Below, in pieces: positions 1 through 13,000 of a DNA stretch of 64,000 nucleotides; the first letter of the stretch is position 1; every line of letters begins with the position of its first letter. The stretch covers positions 102,054,001 through 102,118,000 of the forward strand of contig NC_045697.1 in NCBI RefSeq assembly GCF_009834535.1, given 5' to 3'. This DNA comes from Camelus ferus. Lineage: Eukaryota. Both the position numbers and the translations under genes were made by a program. The notes beneath the pieces were generated by a model. That model was not told where the DNA came from. It ran no database searches and saw only the letters and a list, made by a program, of their open reading frames with translations.

Positions 1-484
1 GAGAAATGAAAACATACATCCACACAAAAACATGTTCATGAACGTTCTTAACGGTATTATTCATAATAGCCCCAAAGTGGAGGACGCAATCCAAATGTCC
101 ATCAACTAATGAGTAGATAAATAAAAAGTGGCCTATCCACACCATGGGATATTACTCTTCTGTAAAGGGAATGAAATATATACTGATACAAGCTACAACA
201 TGGATGAACCCTGAAAACATTAGGCTAAGTGACGGAAGACAGAGAAAGACCACATATGATATGATTCCATTTATATGAAAGGTCCTTAGGAGGCAAAATT
301 ACAGAGACAAAGTAGATTAGGGGTTGCCAGGGCCTAGGGTGGGGAGGTGAGGTGCAGGAAAATGGGAGTGACTACCAATGGGTATGCGTATCTTTCTAGG
401 GGGTGAAAATATTCTAAAATTAGATTGTGATGATGGCTGCATATACTGTGCATACACTAAAAACCACTGAATTGTATACTTTAA
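1..484 (+). mobile_element. Old L1 (L1MB-like) 3' region
   Basis: Typical L1M motifs: GAAATGAAAACATA, CAAATGTCCATCAAC, CATGGATGAACC, AAAACCACTGAATTGTA. Confidence 0.8.
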
Positions 485-680
485 TTACACAAATCATATT
501 AATTTATTAATATATTACTATAGTATTAATAAATTAGCATTATATATTAATATATAAGCTATTAATAATTCAGTATAATATTTAAAATATTGTATAATTT
601 TATATATTACATTTTTTACATTACATGAAATTACATTTGGAATTTGAAATAAATTGATTTTGTGAAAAAAAAACTGCTTA

Positions 681-964
681 CAGGGGAAAGGGGATGGTAG
701 AGAGATAAATTGGGAGTTTGGGATTTGCAGATACTAACTACTATATATAAAATAAATCAACAACAAACTTCCTCTGTACAGCACAGGGAACTATATTCAA
801 TATCTTATAGATATCTATAATGAAAAAGAGTATGAAGAGGAATATATATATGTGTATGTACAACTGAATCACTATGCTGTATACCAAAAACTAACACAAC
901 ATTGTAAACCGATTATCCTTCAATTAAAAAAAAAAAAAACAAAAGAACAAAAACAAAAACAAAA
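681..964 (+). mobile_element. L1 3' end (lineage-specific), 5'-truncated
   Basis: GGGAGTTTGGGATTTGCAGATAC...CAGGGAACTATATTCAATATC...CTTCAATT followed by an A-rich tail. Confidence 0.85.
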
Positions 965-1807
965 CTAAGGGAAAAGTGAAGCTGCAGGGGTGGCTGGTCA
1001 CTTATATTCAACAATACAGAACATAGACAATCTAGAAGGGAATTGTTTAGAGCTGTTTGCAAACTTTCTGCTGTTTGAATTTAAAAAAGCACAAGGAAAA
1101 ATCCAAGCTTTGTATATCTGCAGGCACCAAATGGAATTCAACAAGAGATGCCAGAACTATTTCATACATTTCTTGACTGTTCATTGTAGCAAATGAGCCC
1201 CACTTTACTATTCTGTAGTCATAATTATACTATTTCTGTAACACACTTGCATTTATCAAGAAACATACTAATCACATACATGTACTTGTTTGTATCATAA
1301 TGGTTTCTCCGACAGCCTAAGCCTTCGTTTCTCCATACAGTAGGCTTATGGTGACTGAAAATTCTTCTTAAGATATTTTAATAAAAATAATCCACTTAGA
1401 CCTAGTGGGTGCATGCTGAATATTCAAGAAAGTCTGATAAACTAGTTAATAGCGTTCTTAGACTTTTAGGGCTGGAAGGGCCTTTGCAGATGAACGGTTC
1501 AGCCTCTTCAGACATCAGGGGAGGACCAGCCCTGCACCACGCAGAGCTAGCAGGCAGCACAGCTGGACTCCCACTCAGGTCTCCGATTCCCAGGCTTCTA
1601 CTTTCCCACTCAGCCTGTCTTCCACATGATAATTCACCACAGTGATGTTGATAATAAATAAGGTTTTAATTGGTTACTAGAGCGCCAAAATCAGTCACAG
1701 TACTCTTCAGTTGTACAGTGGTTAACTATAGTTTATAAAGAGCTTCCACACAGATAATTTTATGAGACTCATCACACCCTATGAACCAGGCAGGAATCAG
1801 CCCCTCT

Positions 1808-2166
1808 ATTTTATTTTTATTGAAGTGTAGTCGATTTACAATGTTGTGCTAATTTCTGGTATACAGTATAGTGATTCAGTTATACACATGTATGCATTTA
1901 TATTCCTTTTCATATTCTTTATCATTATAGGTTATTACAGGATATTGAATATAGTTCCCTGTGCTATACAGTATAAACTTGCTGTTTATCTGTTTTATAT
2001 ATAGTAGTTACTATCTGCAAATCCTAAACTCTCAATTTATCCCTCCCCAGCCCATTCCTCCCTGGTAACTGTAAGTCTGCTTTCTATGTCTGTGAGTCTC
2101 TATTTTGCAAATAAGTTCATTTGTGTCTTTTTATCACTTATATCCACATATAAATGATATGTATGG
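1808..2166 (-). mobile_element. L1 3' end interrupting a MIR
   Basis: Reverse complement of the same L1 3' UTR; MIR-like sequence on both sides. Confidence 0.8.
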
Positions 2167-3619
2167 TAAGTCAGCCAGAAAGAGAAAGAGAAAAGCATGC
2201 CTATTTTAGAATGAGGTTCAAGAAGGTTATAGGATTTTCCCAAAGCCATGGGGCTGGCAAGGATGGGATCTAGAATGGGAACTTCACACTCAACATTTCC
2301 CAAGGAGAACTCATGATTCCTGCCACTATGTCACCAGGTACCCATGTCAGAAACTTGGGCATCAATCTTGATTTCCTCTTTTTATTCCCTCAAGTTCAAG
2401 AACTGTTAATTCTAGCTCCTACAAATTAAAAAAAAAATCTATCCACTATTCTCCACCCTTATTGCCACCACATAAGTTTATACCAACATAATTTTCCAGT
2501 TATTTAACTGCAATCTCCCCCTTTTAAATTTTTGTGTTTACTTGCAATTTATTCTCTACACTGCAAAAGTATGTGTGCAGAGCATGTGGTGATAACCTCT
2601 AAGTCCTTCCATGTTGCTGCAAATGGCAATATTTCATCTTTTTTATGGCTGAGTAGTATTCCATTGTATACATATTCCATAACTTCTTTATTCAGTCATC
2701 TGTAAATGGGCATTTGGGTTGTTTCCATGTCTTGGCTATTGCAAAAAGTCTAAGCTGACTCTTAATTTAGCATTTACCCTGCCTTTTAATTTATCCCCCA
2801 TTGGACTGTAAGTTCCTTTTTTCCTGTCATATCCCATATGCCTGGCATAGGACAGGAATAGATGTTAATGGAATGAATGATGCTATAGTCAAGTCAGAAG
2901 AGTATCATGCCTTTTCTGAAATCTGAGTCCAAGTTCTAGCTACGTGTTTCTTTCCATACTTAATGAAGATCGTATTTTGAATTCTGAACACTGAAATTGA
3001 GTAAGTGGTTAAAGAATTTTTCTTATTTAAAACACAGAAGTTAGATGAAACCATATAGAGGTGACACAGCAATGCTAACAGTAAGGTACTGTTTTAATGG
3101 TTACAGGGTTTCTGTTTAGGATGATGAAAATAGATACTGGTGACAGCTGGATTTTGTGAATGAATGTGTTTCATAAAGTTTTACATTGACTATAGTTCTA
3201 CACAAGGGATGCAAATTGTTGAAACTCCACATTTTTCTCTCTTTACAGAACGCCAATGGAACTGATTGATCAAATCAACCATATCTCAGGAACTATCTGG
3301 CTTTTCAAAGTGTTCTCATCTAACTAGCCCTTATGCTCTGGTATAGTAAAGGCCTGAACTTATATTTATCCACTGAATTGCACATTATATTTTCTCAGCA
3401 TATGTCTGTTGGTAAAAATGCATATTATGTTACCAACCAGGAAAACTTGGTTCTGAAAGCATTTTTTATTAGTCTAGCTCATCCATACTGCACTTCCAAG
3501 AAAATGCAAAATCACTATTTTTGTAATGATTGTTCAATTACAGTTACCTGACACCAAACACCTGCCAGGATTTTACAGATTTACATAATTTTGCCTTAGA
3601 GGAAAGAGAAGGCAGTGTG

Positions 3620-3770
3620 CAGAGGTTCTGGTCCTTGTTTTGTGCGATGGGAGCCTTTTGGCAGCCTGGGGAATCCTCTGGTCCCCTTCTTAGAACAGTA
3701 TCTCTAAATGCACACAAGACGAGGCATAGAATTATGCAAAACCCAATTATACAGTTATCGGAATATTAAA
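3620..3770 (+). mobile_element. hAT-Charlie DNA transposon fragment (MER119-like)
   Basis: Resembles recalled consensus CCCTTTGGCAGTCTGGTGAAGCCTATGGACCCCTTCTCAGAA...ACAGTTATC. Confidence 0.6.
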
Positions 3771-3779
3771 AGAAATTTC

Positions 3780-4035
3780 TGCAGCTGCTATGGAAACCAG
3801 TTGGGCAGATATTAAGAAAGGGTAAACATAAAATAAGCATATGAGACCCAGCAATTCCACTTTTAAGTACAGACCTAAAGAAAGTGACAGCAGGGACTTG
3901 AACAGACTCTTGTACGTCATTGTTCATTACAGCCTTATTCACAAGAGCCAAAAGGTGGAAACCACCCATGTATTCATCCACAGGGGAATGGATAGATAAA
4001 ACGTGGCATATACACACAATGGAATAGCAATGTAT
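3780..4035 (+). mobile_element. Old L1 fragment (ORF2 end/3' UTR)
   Basis: GACCCAGCAATTCCACT, GCCTTATTCACAAGAGCCAAAAGGTGGAA, GAATGGATAGATAAAACGTGG motifs. Confidence 0.75.
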
Positions 4036-4225
4036 CATCTGTTACAAGTGTTCCCTGAAAGAGTCATTTAAACCAGTAGTTATATCCAGCAACTTAAAAA
4101 AATATATATAGTCATTGGCACAAGAAACTCATTTCCTTTTCCCCTAATTCCTTGCCAACTGGTGCATACTTCACTTTTCTCTTCACAGGAAGCAGAGACA
4201 AAAGGCCATTTTTAGTCCATGTAAC

Positions 4226-4306
4226 TTTTTAAAAAATAGAGGCACTGGGCATTGAAGCCAGGGCACTGTGCATGCTAAGCACGTGCTCTACCGCTGAGCT
4301 GTATCC
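4226..4306 (-). mobile_element. tRNA-derived SINE (Vic-1-like)
   Basis: Minus strand AGCTCAGCGGTAGAGCACGTGCTTAGCATGCAC...TTCAATGCCCAG, short tail. Confidence 0.8.
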
Positions 4307-7300
4307 ATTACAGGTTATTGTAATTTTTTTCAACTGAGTAACTCAGTCACCTCTCCTGAGCAGAGAGGCTTCCAGCCATAACACTGCCAGCTCCCCCAAG
4401 GGCCTTCGCCTGGGTACAGCTTAGTGCCTTCCTTGATTCCTAAAACAGAGGATGTCCAACTCCTTGAAGCTCACTACAGATGAAACATTTTACATAGCAA
4501 TCTCAGAGGGAATTTGATTTCTCTCTCTTTACTAAAACGTAATTGACTAGTAGAATTTTCTAATGTTTTGGCTTTTATTGGGGGGTAAACATCATGACAA
4601 CACATTCTGTTTCAGAGAATTTTTACTTCTAATAATAAATCGCCCCCCTTCCTCAGCACATTTATTAGATATGGCTCCAGTCAGATAGATGTTTATTGTA
4701 AGATGTAAGGATTATTTTAATAACAGGATTGTGTGCTTTACACACTTCTTAATAAGTCCAGTAAAGGATGTGCTATTTCCTAAAAACTATTTTGCAGGAT
4801 GGAAAGTCAGGCATAAGTGGGGTTGAGTAATGTAAACAAAGCCACAGGCGGAGCATATGCGGGGCTGGACAGAGAACCAGGAACCAAGAAACAGGATGAG
4901 CATGAGGCAAACCCAGAGCTCATTCTGGAAGCTGGGCTGAGGAAATCAAAGCAAATAAGGGAGAAAATGAGAATAGAGAATAGGGGGGAAAAAAAGGAGA
5001 AAGAAAGAAAGAAAATGAGAACAGTGAATAGAAGGAGAGGTAGAAAAAAAAGTAAAAGCCAAGAACTGAATACCGATGGCACTGCTAACAATGATCCGGG
5101 GCTGCAAATTTCCCTGTTTCTGCCACAGTTCTTAACAGCACATTCCTGTATTGGCTTTCTCAAACTACTGTCAAGAAGCGGGAGCAAAAGCAGAGCTTTC
5201 TACTTGTAGGCCCTCCTTCTAATAAGACACCGAACGGGCAAAACACCAGTGCTTGGTCACTCAGTGGACCCCACCGTTAACATCGTCTTGGGCTGAAGGC
5301 ACATCGCTACTGACTTTCTAGCTTTGCGCTACTGCTCAGGCAGGGGTCCCCGGAAACCTGACCAGGTTAAGCACTGGGTCTGTTTTGCATATTTTACTAT
5401 ATGGTCCCTTGTCAATGAAGCCAGAGTTTGATATCCATTCTGTGCTCCTTACATATATTTTGTTTCTCTGCCAGTTTCTCACAAATGTAGGCTGGGAGGA
5501 AGCGTGCACATGAGTATACACATATTCATTCCCACTTTTTACAAATTACTTTAGGGAAGCTTGAGTCATTGTCATACATGGAGACAACCCCACGTGTTTA
5601 TGTCCTGATGGAGAACGACAAGCCAAATGCCCGGTGGCCCAACTAATTTGAAGCTCAGTCAGAACGCAATCTGTGCTATTTTTTCTATTAAAAATACTGT
5701 CTTCAGTGGCTCCAGTCACTCCAGCCTATAGATGGGTCAGCCAACCCAAGCTGAAACTGTCATTTCTGGTTCCTCAAAGTGGTGACAGCATCATTCAGGC
5801 TCTTGTGCTCCTTGCTGTCTTCTCACTAAAGGACCTGTTTTATGCACGTACTGTATAGAAGCCTCAGCCTCTAGATGTGACCCTATCATTTTGGTTATAA
5901 ACTAAATGTCTTCAGCATTCCAGAGAAACATGTAACTTTTGAACAAAGAATAGATCAGTACATTTAAGGATCATTTTAATAGTGACAATTTCAGAAGGAT
6001 TAGGAATTTGTGATTTTCTTATCTTTCCACATGACTCCGTAGAATGTTCAAATGCTAACAGCTTTAGTGATACAATCAATTCACTCAATGACATAAAGGT
6101 TTACTTAAATCATAAAATGGGAGCTAATGTCTATCTCATGATGCCTTTGTGGAGATTAAATGAGAAGAAAGGTATTTAAATGTCTAGCACAATTCCTGGG
6201 ACAAGAAAGACGTTCAAATGCCGAACCTGAATTTGAAACTGAAGCATTTTACCTCACCATCAAGACAGAGACACGGTAACTCGTCATTCCGAATGAGTCA
6301 AAACAGTTTTCTGTTTTTAGAGAGCTCTACATGTACATACGCACCTCACATACTAATACACACGTATGTGTGTAGACACTCATAAGTATTCATTTATAAT
6401 TATCCATTTATTAGGCACATATGTATGTTCGTGGAGTGTAAGACTTAATCCTGAGTTCGTAAAATCTGTTTATTCCTGAAGTGATTATTTAAGAGCCTGC
6501 TTACATAAGTCAAGAGAAGAACAGCCTTGACTCTTTCAAGAAATAAATTCCCTTTTCAAGCAATAAAATGTTTCTTAAATTGATGCAGTGCAGTAATCAG
6601 GATATTTAGCAACTGGAAATGAAAAGCAAGAGGCACACAACAATGTGATCCAAATGACGTACTCTGAGTATAGAAGGTATTGATTTAGTACTAGTAGTTG
6701 ATTAATTACTAATTAATTAATTGATTGATAGAGGATATTAAAAGAATATCATTCATAATATTTCTTTTCTCTCAAAAATGTTTTCTCCTTTTATTAATCA
6801 TCTTTGTGAAGTGTGATTATTTTCTTGGACTGGAACTTTCTTAGGTTATTGTATGCTCAGACTGGCTTTTCTATTTTTGTACGTGAAATTGCATGGTTTA
6901 AAAGAATAAATAACAATGAAAAAATAAACGCATGTTTTATTTTATGGGAAAAATCTTTAAACAAAAATGCTTTCATGAAATACTCAAAGATAAAGACACT
7001 AAAGCTATTTTTCTTTGAGGCTCTTTGTTGTGAGTCAAACTCCACAGTACATTTATTTATTTATTTTCAAAAATTCTCCTTCCAAATCATCCACAATTAT
7101 GATCAATATAATTTAAAAATTTGAAAAAAATTTAAAAAATTTTTATCGAGGTGCAAGTTTCAGGTACAACATAGTGATTCACAATTTTTAAAATATTAAT
7201 ATTATTTTTAAAATAATTCATTCAGGGAGGCACGTCAATTCTAACACAGATTATGATCAGGGTTACATGATTTCATTGTAGGTATCGTTTTAATTAGCCA

Positions 7301-7499
7301 GATTAGCTCCCCTTTCCTCTTTTCCTGGGATACACAGGCCAAGCTACACCAAACAGCTTCCTCTCACAGAAAGATTAAAACTTGGACAATCAGTAAATAA
7401 AATCTAAGTTTATCTACTATCTTCCAGGCTTCCAGGACTTTAAAAATTAATGGAAGACATAATTACAGCTAGAGCTGTGTATGTGCGCTAACACTCATG

Positions 7500-7502
7500 C
7501 AC

Positions 7503-7532
<30 letters not shown>
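7500..7532. repeat. (CA)n microsatellite
   Basis: CA repeat with one CG interruption. Confidence 0.95.
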
Positions 7533-7533
<1 letters not shown>

Positions 7534-8417
7534 GAGGCACAGTTTTTGGTTTTCTCTGGAATAAGACTATGAATGGGAACAGGAAAGGAAACTCTTGCTT
7601 TTCATTTTATGCTCTTCTACACTATTTGAATTTATTTTATTTGAGCACATATTTTAATTTTTTTAAAATGTGGCAAAACCCATAGGTTTTAGCACAAGCA
7701 GAATACAATAATGAACCAACAAAGCCTGCTGGAAGTCCCCTCGCACATGCCTCAGCATCCAAAGAACTTTTATCCTGAATCCCTACTTAATTTTCTCCGG
7801 GGAAACTAGGTCTGCAGAAGTCTAATTGTTGTAAGTATATGGGAAAAGCAGCTTCTTTCTTTTTTTTTTTCCCCTGAGCATGGGCAAACCACATCATACA
7901 AAATAAGGCGTGGGCATTGACTAGAGTGAGAAGGTTTAAAAGCCATTTGTTCTTACATCAGGAACAAGGTACAACAGTCAAGCACCCAGGATTTATGTAC
8001 AGTGTTGCATAAAATGTTGTGACTGCCCTAAGCTCTACCATGTGACATGTAAGTGGACAAGGTTCCCCTGTCTCTCTCATTGTCACTGAGTGGTGACCCA
8101 CCGACAGGAATTAGCAAAACTTGTTTTGACTTGTACTCAGAGGAGCAGTCCATCTTGCGGCCGATCACTCTAACTGCAGACTTGATTCTAAACTGCAGAC
8201 TCAAATCCTTACAAGTTCAACAGGACAGACCTCGAAAACACCAAAGGTAGAAACCCCTCCAGAATCAGCCCTGGCAGAGATAAGATAAGCAAGAACCACC
8301 ACCTTGGTGTCTAATTCCAGGGGCATCTTGGAGCCTCTAACAGCAAAAAAGACTTTGCTTATTTTTTTTTTTACTTGTCCTTTTTTTAACTTCTAAGGAT
8401 TCATAGTCAATTTAATT

Positions 8418-8608
8418 ACTATACACATTACTAAATATAAAACAGATAAACAAGGACCTACTGTATAGCACAGGGAACTATATTCAATTTCTTGTAATAA
8501 CATATAACAGAAAAGAATCTGAAAAGAAAAATATATGTATAACTGAATCACATTGCTGTATACCTGAAACTAACATTATAAATCAACTACACTTCAATAA
8601 AAAAAAAA
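8418..8608 (+). mobile_element. L1 3' end, 5'-truncated
   Basis: CAAGGACCTACTGTATAGCACAGGGAACTATATTC...CACTTCAATAAAAAAAA. Confidence 0.85.
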
Positions 8609-9576
8609 GTAAACTGCTGTCATATTTTCTTCCCTAGTTACATCTGCCTTGGCATTCTTGTATGAAAAACCCATGTCTGAAGCAAGTATGACATTTCAGA
8701 AAATGCTAGAATGTTTTAGACATTCAAACATCCAGGTTAAATCAGGGCTAAGTAAATCCACTGCTAAGTTGATAATGAAAGAGAAAAAAATGCCTTTTAT
8801 AGATAACCAGTTAATTATCTACAATATAGCTATAAAATGGAATATTATATAGCTGTTTAAAAAGAACAAGGCAGATAAAGTGTATCTGTTTGTGCTAGTG
8901 CATAATAGGTGTATACCATATATGTTATTTTATACGTGTACCTATATTTTAAGCTAAAGCAGCCAACGCTCAGAATCAAGCATAAGCAAGCAAAAACAGC
9001 CTCTTTTGGGTAAATAAAAAGGATATTCTGCTATGTGAATAAATTTCTTTTTGTAAGGAAACAAAGAAAAATTCCTCTTTGGGGAAAGGGACTAGGTATC
9101 AGTGCAGTTTAATATTATCTTTTTAAAAATGTTTAGAGCAGTTATCTGGTGGAGGAATTATAGGTCACTCAAAATTTTTTAGACTATTTATGCTAAAAGA
9201 TGCCTGTACATTCAGGTATTTTTACACAAAATTTTAGACTTAAAGCCTTCAGTTTTAGTGTAATTAACAATGCTAAAAACAAGGGTGTAATAGTGTCATT
9301 AAGGTCGTCATCAATACTGTTCCTTACCATTCGCCATTCATTGAATGGACTCCTAAAAATGACTCAATCCTGGATATTATTAAAAGGTGTTCCCATTTCT
9401 AAAATGATTAATTTGTAGCAAAAAAAAAAAAAAAAAAAAAGTGCCAGCAGTAACAGATGAGCTCCAGGCCTGGCCTCCAAAACAAACAGGAAGTGAGACT
9501 GAGGTGAGCCTCTGGATAGCTTGTACGGTGATCAAAAAATAGGAAGCAACTTTTCCATCCTTCTTTAAAGAATCAA

Positions 9577-9682
9577 GGGGTGAGTACAGCTCAGTGGTAG
9601 AGTACATGCTTAATGTGCATGAAGTGGGTCCCAGGCTCAATCCCCAGGACCTCCATTAAAGTAAAATTAAAAAAAAAAAAAA
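9577..9682 (+). mobile_element. tRNA-derived SINE (Vic-1-like)
   Basis: Box A (AGCTCAGTGGTAGAG), degenerate box B, A-tail, TSD AAAGAATCAA/AAAGAATTAA. Confidence 0.85.
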
Positions 9683-10193
9683 GAATTAATGGTTTCAGTA
9701 TAAAACAAAAATGAACAAAGCCAAACTAAGCCACAAATGACAAAAAGGGAAGGCTAGCATATAGATAGTACCATAGCTGATATAAAATTTTGTTTGGCAC
9801 ACAGTCAGCGAACCCAGCCCTCTGTAGCTATTTCCTACATTTCACAGCTCTGAACTCATTTTTCCACAGATTGGCTCTACTGAACCTGGGAACACTGGTG
9901 GTGGGGCTCATCTGTCTCTCCAGGTGTTTCCTCCATTGCTCATCTAAACAGCACACTGGTACTCACATGGACCGCGAGGCAAGTATCAAGTCCAATTCAA
10001 ATATTAAAATGCATAGTGTTGATCAAATTGGCTTTAAACACTGGATAATTTAAGAGAAAATGAAACAATCTGTTTCTGGTCTTAAAAAAGTTAAATAGCC
10101 ATAGCACATCCAAAACTAAAATCGTCCCACTCCCAATAGCTATTCAGTGTGACTTATTAGAAAAAATTGACTTGGCTCCTCTGATGGTTCTTT

Positions 10194-10346
10194 TCTTTTT
10201 AAAAAAAATTGATTTATTATTATTACTTTTTGACAGGGGGAGGTAACTAGGTTTAATTATTTATTTTTAGAGGAGGTACTGGGGATTGAACTCAGGACCT
10301 CATGCATGCTAGGCATGCATTCTACCACTTGAACTATACCCTCCCC
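10194..10346 (-). mobile_element. tRNA-derived SINE (Vic-1-like, long-tail form)
   Basis: GGGGAGGGTATAGTTCAAGTGGTAGA...GAGTTCAATCCCCAGTACCTCC head plus AAACCTAGTTACCTCCCCC tail; TSD-like CTGATGGTTCTTT/CTGATGATTCCTT. Confidence 0.88.
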
Positions 10347-11438
10347 ACTGATGATTCCTTTCTATGAATCTTTTAACTCCTTAAGCTCATTTCCTCCTCT
10401 TAAAATCTGAAATAACAATTTCTTTCTCACAGGTTGTGGTAAGGATCGAAATGGAATAACATCGGTGAAAACACTTTGTAGCAATATTAAGCACTATATA
10501 AATTTAAGGTAATATTGTGCAGTAAGTAGGAAAGACCCACTCATTGTTATATATAGTAGAGTTGGGCAACATTTCAAGACAAATCTGTTAGCACAATAAT
10601 TTAGGGAGAGGACAATAAATGAACTTCATACTATGCTTAACTGGCTCCGTTCAGAGCTTTAGAAATCTCGGATATATTCCCTGTTACCAGTAGCTTTCAG
10701 GATAACCTTGACTGACATTTACCATCAGTGTGATAAGTAGATGAAGATCTTATACTGAAATAGCCTTCATCTGGGTTACTCAAAACTGCAGAAACTGATG
10801 GAAACTATAAACAGCTACACTGTAAAAAATTTCCATTTGAATTCCCAGTTAATCTGTGTACACAGTGCAGTTATGTTCCTAAGTATATGAGAAGAAAGAG
10901 AAGAAAATTCAAATTTATTGGGGAATACTAATGCTAGGCACCGTGTTACATTTTTGGTATATGTGCTACTTCATTTCACTCTAGCAGAGAAAAAGAAAAA
11001 GGCACAATTGAGATAGAAAATAAGATGTGAGCAGGCAAAATATTCCCATGTTAAGCAGCTTAGCTCATAGCAGAGAAGACGAGAACAGTGGATTTAAGTT
11101 ACCTCCTCTTCTTCCTTTGCCTTCTTAGTGGGCTTCTAACAAATATTGAACCAATTTGTAAGTGGACAGAAGAAGAGAGACAAGAAGCCAAGTATTCCAA
11201 GCAGTGCCCCCAATAAAATAATTCACCATAATAGGGTAAAAGTTGACCTTACATAATCAAGTCATCTAATTATACATTTCCAGGAATAAATTATTAAATT
11301 TCTTTTTACCCAGAAAAAGAAAAAACACAAAATTTGGTATCCCAACTGATAATTCTAAAGATGATAAAATTTACTGAGTGCTTGCTATGTGCCAGGAACT
11401 CTTCTAAGTGCCTTGTGTGTGTCAATTCCTTTAATGCT

Positions 11439-11885
11439 TGCGGTAGGCAGAATACTGGCCCTCTAAAGACGGCCACATCTTAATTACCAGAACCTGTGAA
11501 TATGTTATCTTACATGGCAAAAAGAGCTTTGAGGATGTGACCAAGAATTTTGGGATGAGGAAAATCAGCCTGGATTACCTAGGTGAGCCCAGTGTAAGAG
11601 GGAGTCAGGAACGTGTGTCAGTGTGAAGCAATATGAGAAATGCTCCACCACTTCTGGCTTTGAAGATGGAAGGATGAGACCGTCTCTAGAAGCCAGAAAA
11701 GCCAAGGAAATGGATTCCACCCTACAGTCTCCATAAAAGAGTGCAACCTTGCCCAAACCTTAATTGTAGCCAAGTTAGAACCATTTTTGGACTTCTGACC
11801 TGCAGAACTATGAGATGATACATTTGTGTTGTTTTAAACCACTCAATTTGTGGCAATTTATTACAGGAGCAATGGGAAACTAACA
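11439..11885 (+). mobile_element. MaLR LTR (MLT1D/C-like) nested in a MIR
   Basis: TGCGGTAGGCAGAAT...GAACCTGTGAATATGTTA...GCAATGGGAAACTAACA; MIR halves at about 11365-11438 and 11890-12020. Confidence 0.8.
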
Positions 11886-12799
11886 ACATCCTCATAATAC
11901 TCCTATGAGGCACATGCTCTAGGTATCTCCAATTCACAGATGAGCAAAGTAAAGAAGATTTCTCAAAGAATACACAGCTACGAAGGTTTGAATGCAGGTA
12001 GCCTGGTTTCAGAGCCTATGAACTGGAAGCCTTCCTGCTGCCAATCCTGGGGCTTTACTAAATTGCACCTCTAGAGTCACCTTGCCAGGACTTCCATCCA
12101 TAAGACCCTGGAGCTTGCCTGGAGCTCATGCCTCGTGCCCAGTCCTGGAGGCAGGGCACCACCTTCTCTAATGGCTCCAATGCCAGTACCACAAACAACA
12201 ACAATAGCAACAAAGTCTCCTTCAGCCCAGTGGAGAAAAATGCATCCTTAGAAGCGTGTCCATTACAAGTAGCTTAAATAACTGGAATCACTACCTTCCG
12301 CCAGGGCTGTGTGCTCTCAGGGAAGACAGTTATTAACAGCTCACATTGTAAGTTTCAGTACACATTCTGTTTGGGAAACAGCTTAAAAAGTGGGACTATT
12401 TTAAAAGAAAAATAGATTACATTGGCTCTTGAAAGATATAAATTCATAAAATTTGAAAATATCAGATACAAAAACATGTGAAGTCCTTCATAGCAGCTGG
12501 AAGCTATTCCAAGAATGCTCATCACAGAAAGACACGGATCTTAGCTCTGTGCATGGTGCTTAGAAGAAGGCAATTAAAAAGCCCACTGAATAAGTGAATG
12601 CACAAATATTTAGTTAGCTAACAAATAGGCATACATTTCAAGGTCCAACTATGATCAGGTATGAGTTCAAATGTTCTGGAGTCTGTGTTTGACCATTCTG
12701 ACCTCTTTAGTTTACAAGGTATTTATTTGCCAGGTGAGGCACTGGTGTCTTTGCTCTGTTCTCTGATTTCTACCCAAGATTTCAGCTTCCCAAAACAGA

Positions 12800-13000
12800 G
12801 GTAGCCTAGCATTAGTGGTTAAGGGCGCTGGCTTTGGAATCTGTGAGATCTGGGTTTAATTCCAGCCCACCTGCTTATTTCCCCTATGACTTTAGACAAG
12901 TTATTCAGCCCCAGCGTCTTCATTTTAAAATGGGCCTCCCAACATTTACCTTTTGTTTTGCAGTGATTGGCCCATAGAAAGTACTGAAAAAAAATGGTTG
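12800..13000 (+). mobile_element. MIR SINE
   Basis: AGCATTAGTGGTTAAG...CTGGGTTTAATTCCAGC...TGACTTTAGACAAGTTA...TAAAATGGG core. Confidence 0.7.

Noticed and set aside
4807..5209. Opposing 126/130-aa ORFs (hydrophobic versus Lys/Arg/Glu-rich)
   Set aside because: Product of a purine-rich low-complexity intronic tract; no homology or exon structure.
9577..9682. tRNA-Ala-like sequences here and at 4226, 10194, 14884, 48536 as tRNA genes
   Set aside because: Disrupted stems, A-rich tails and TSDs mark them as SINE copies.
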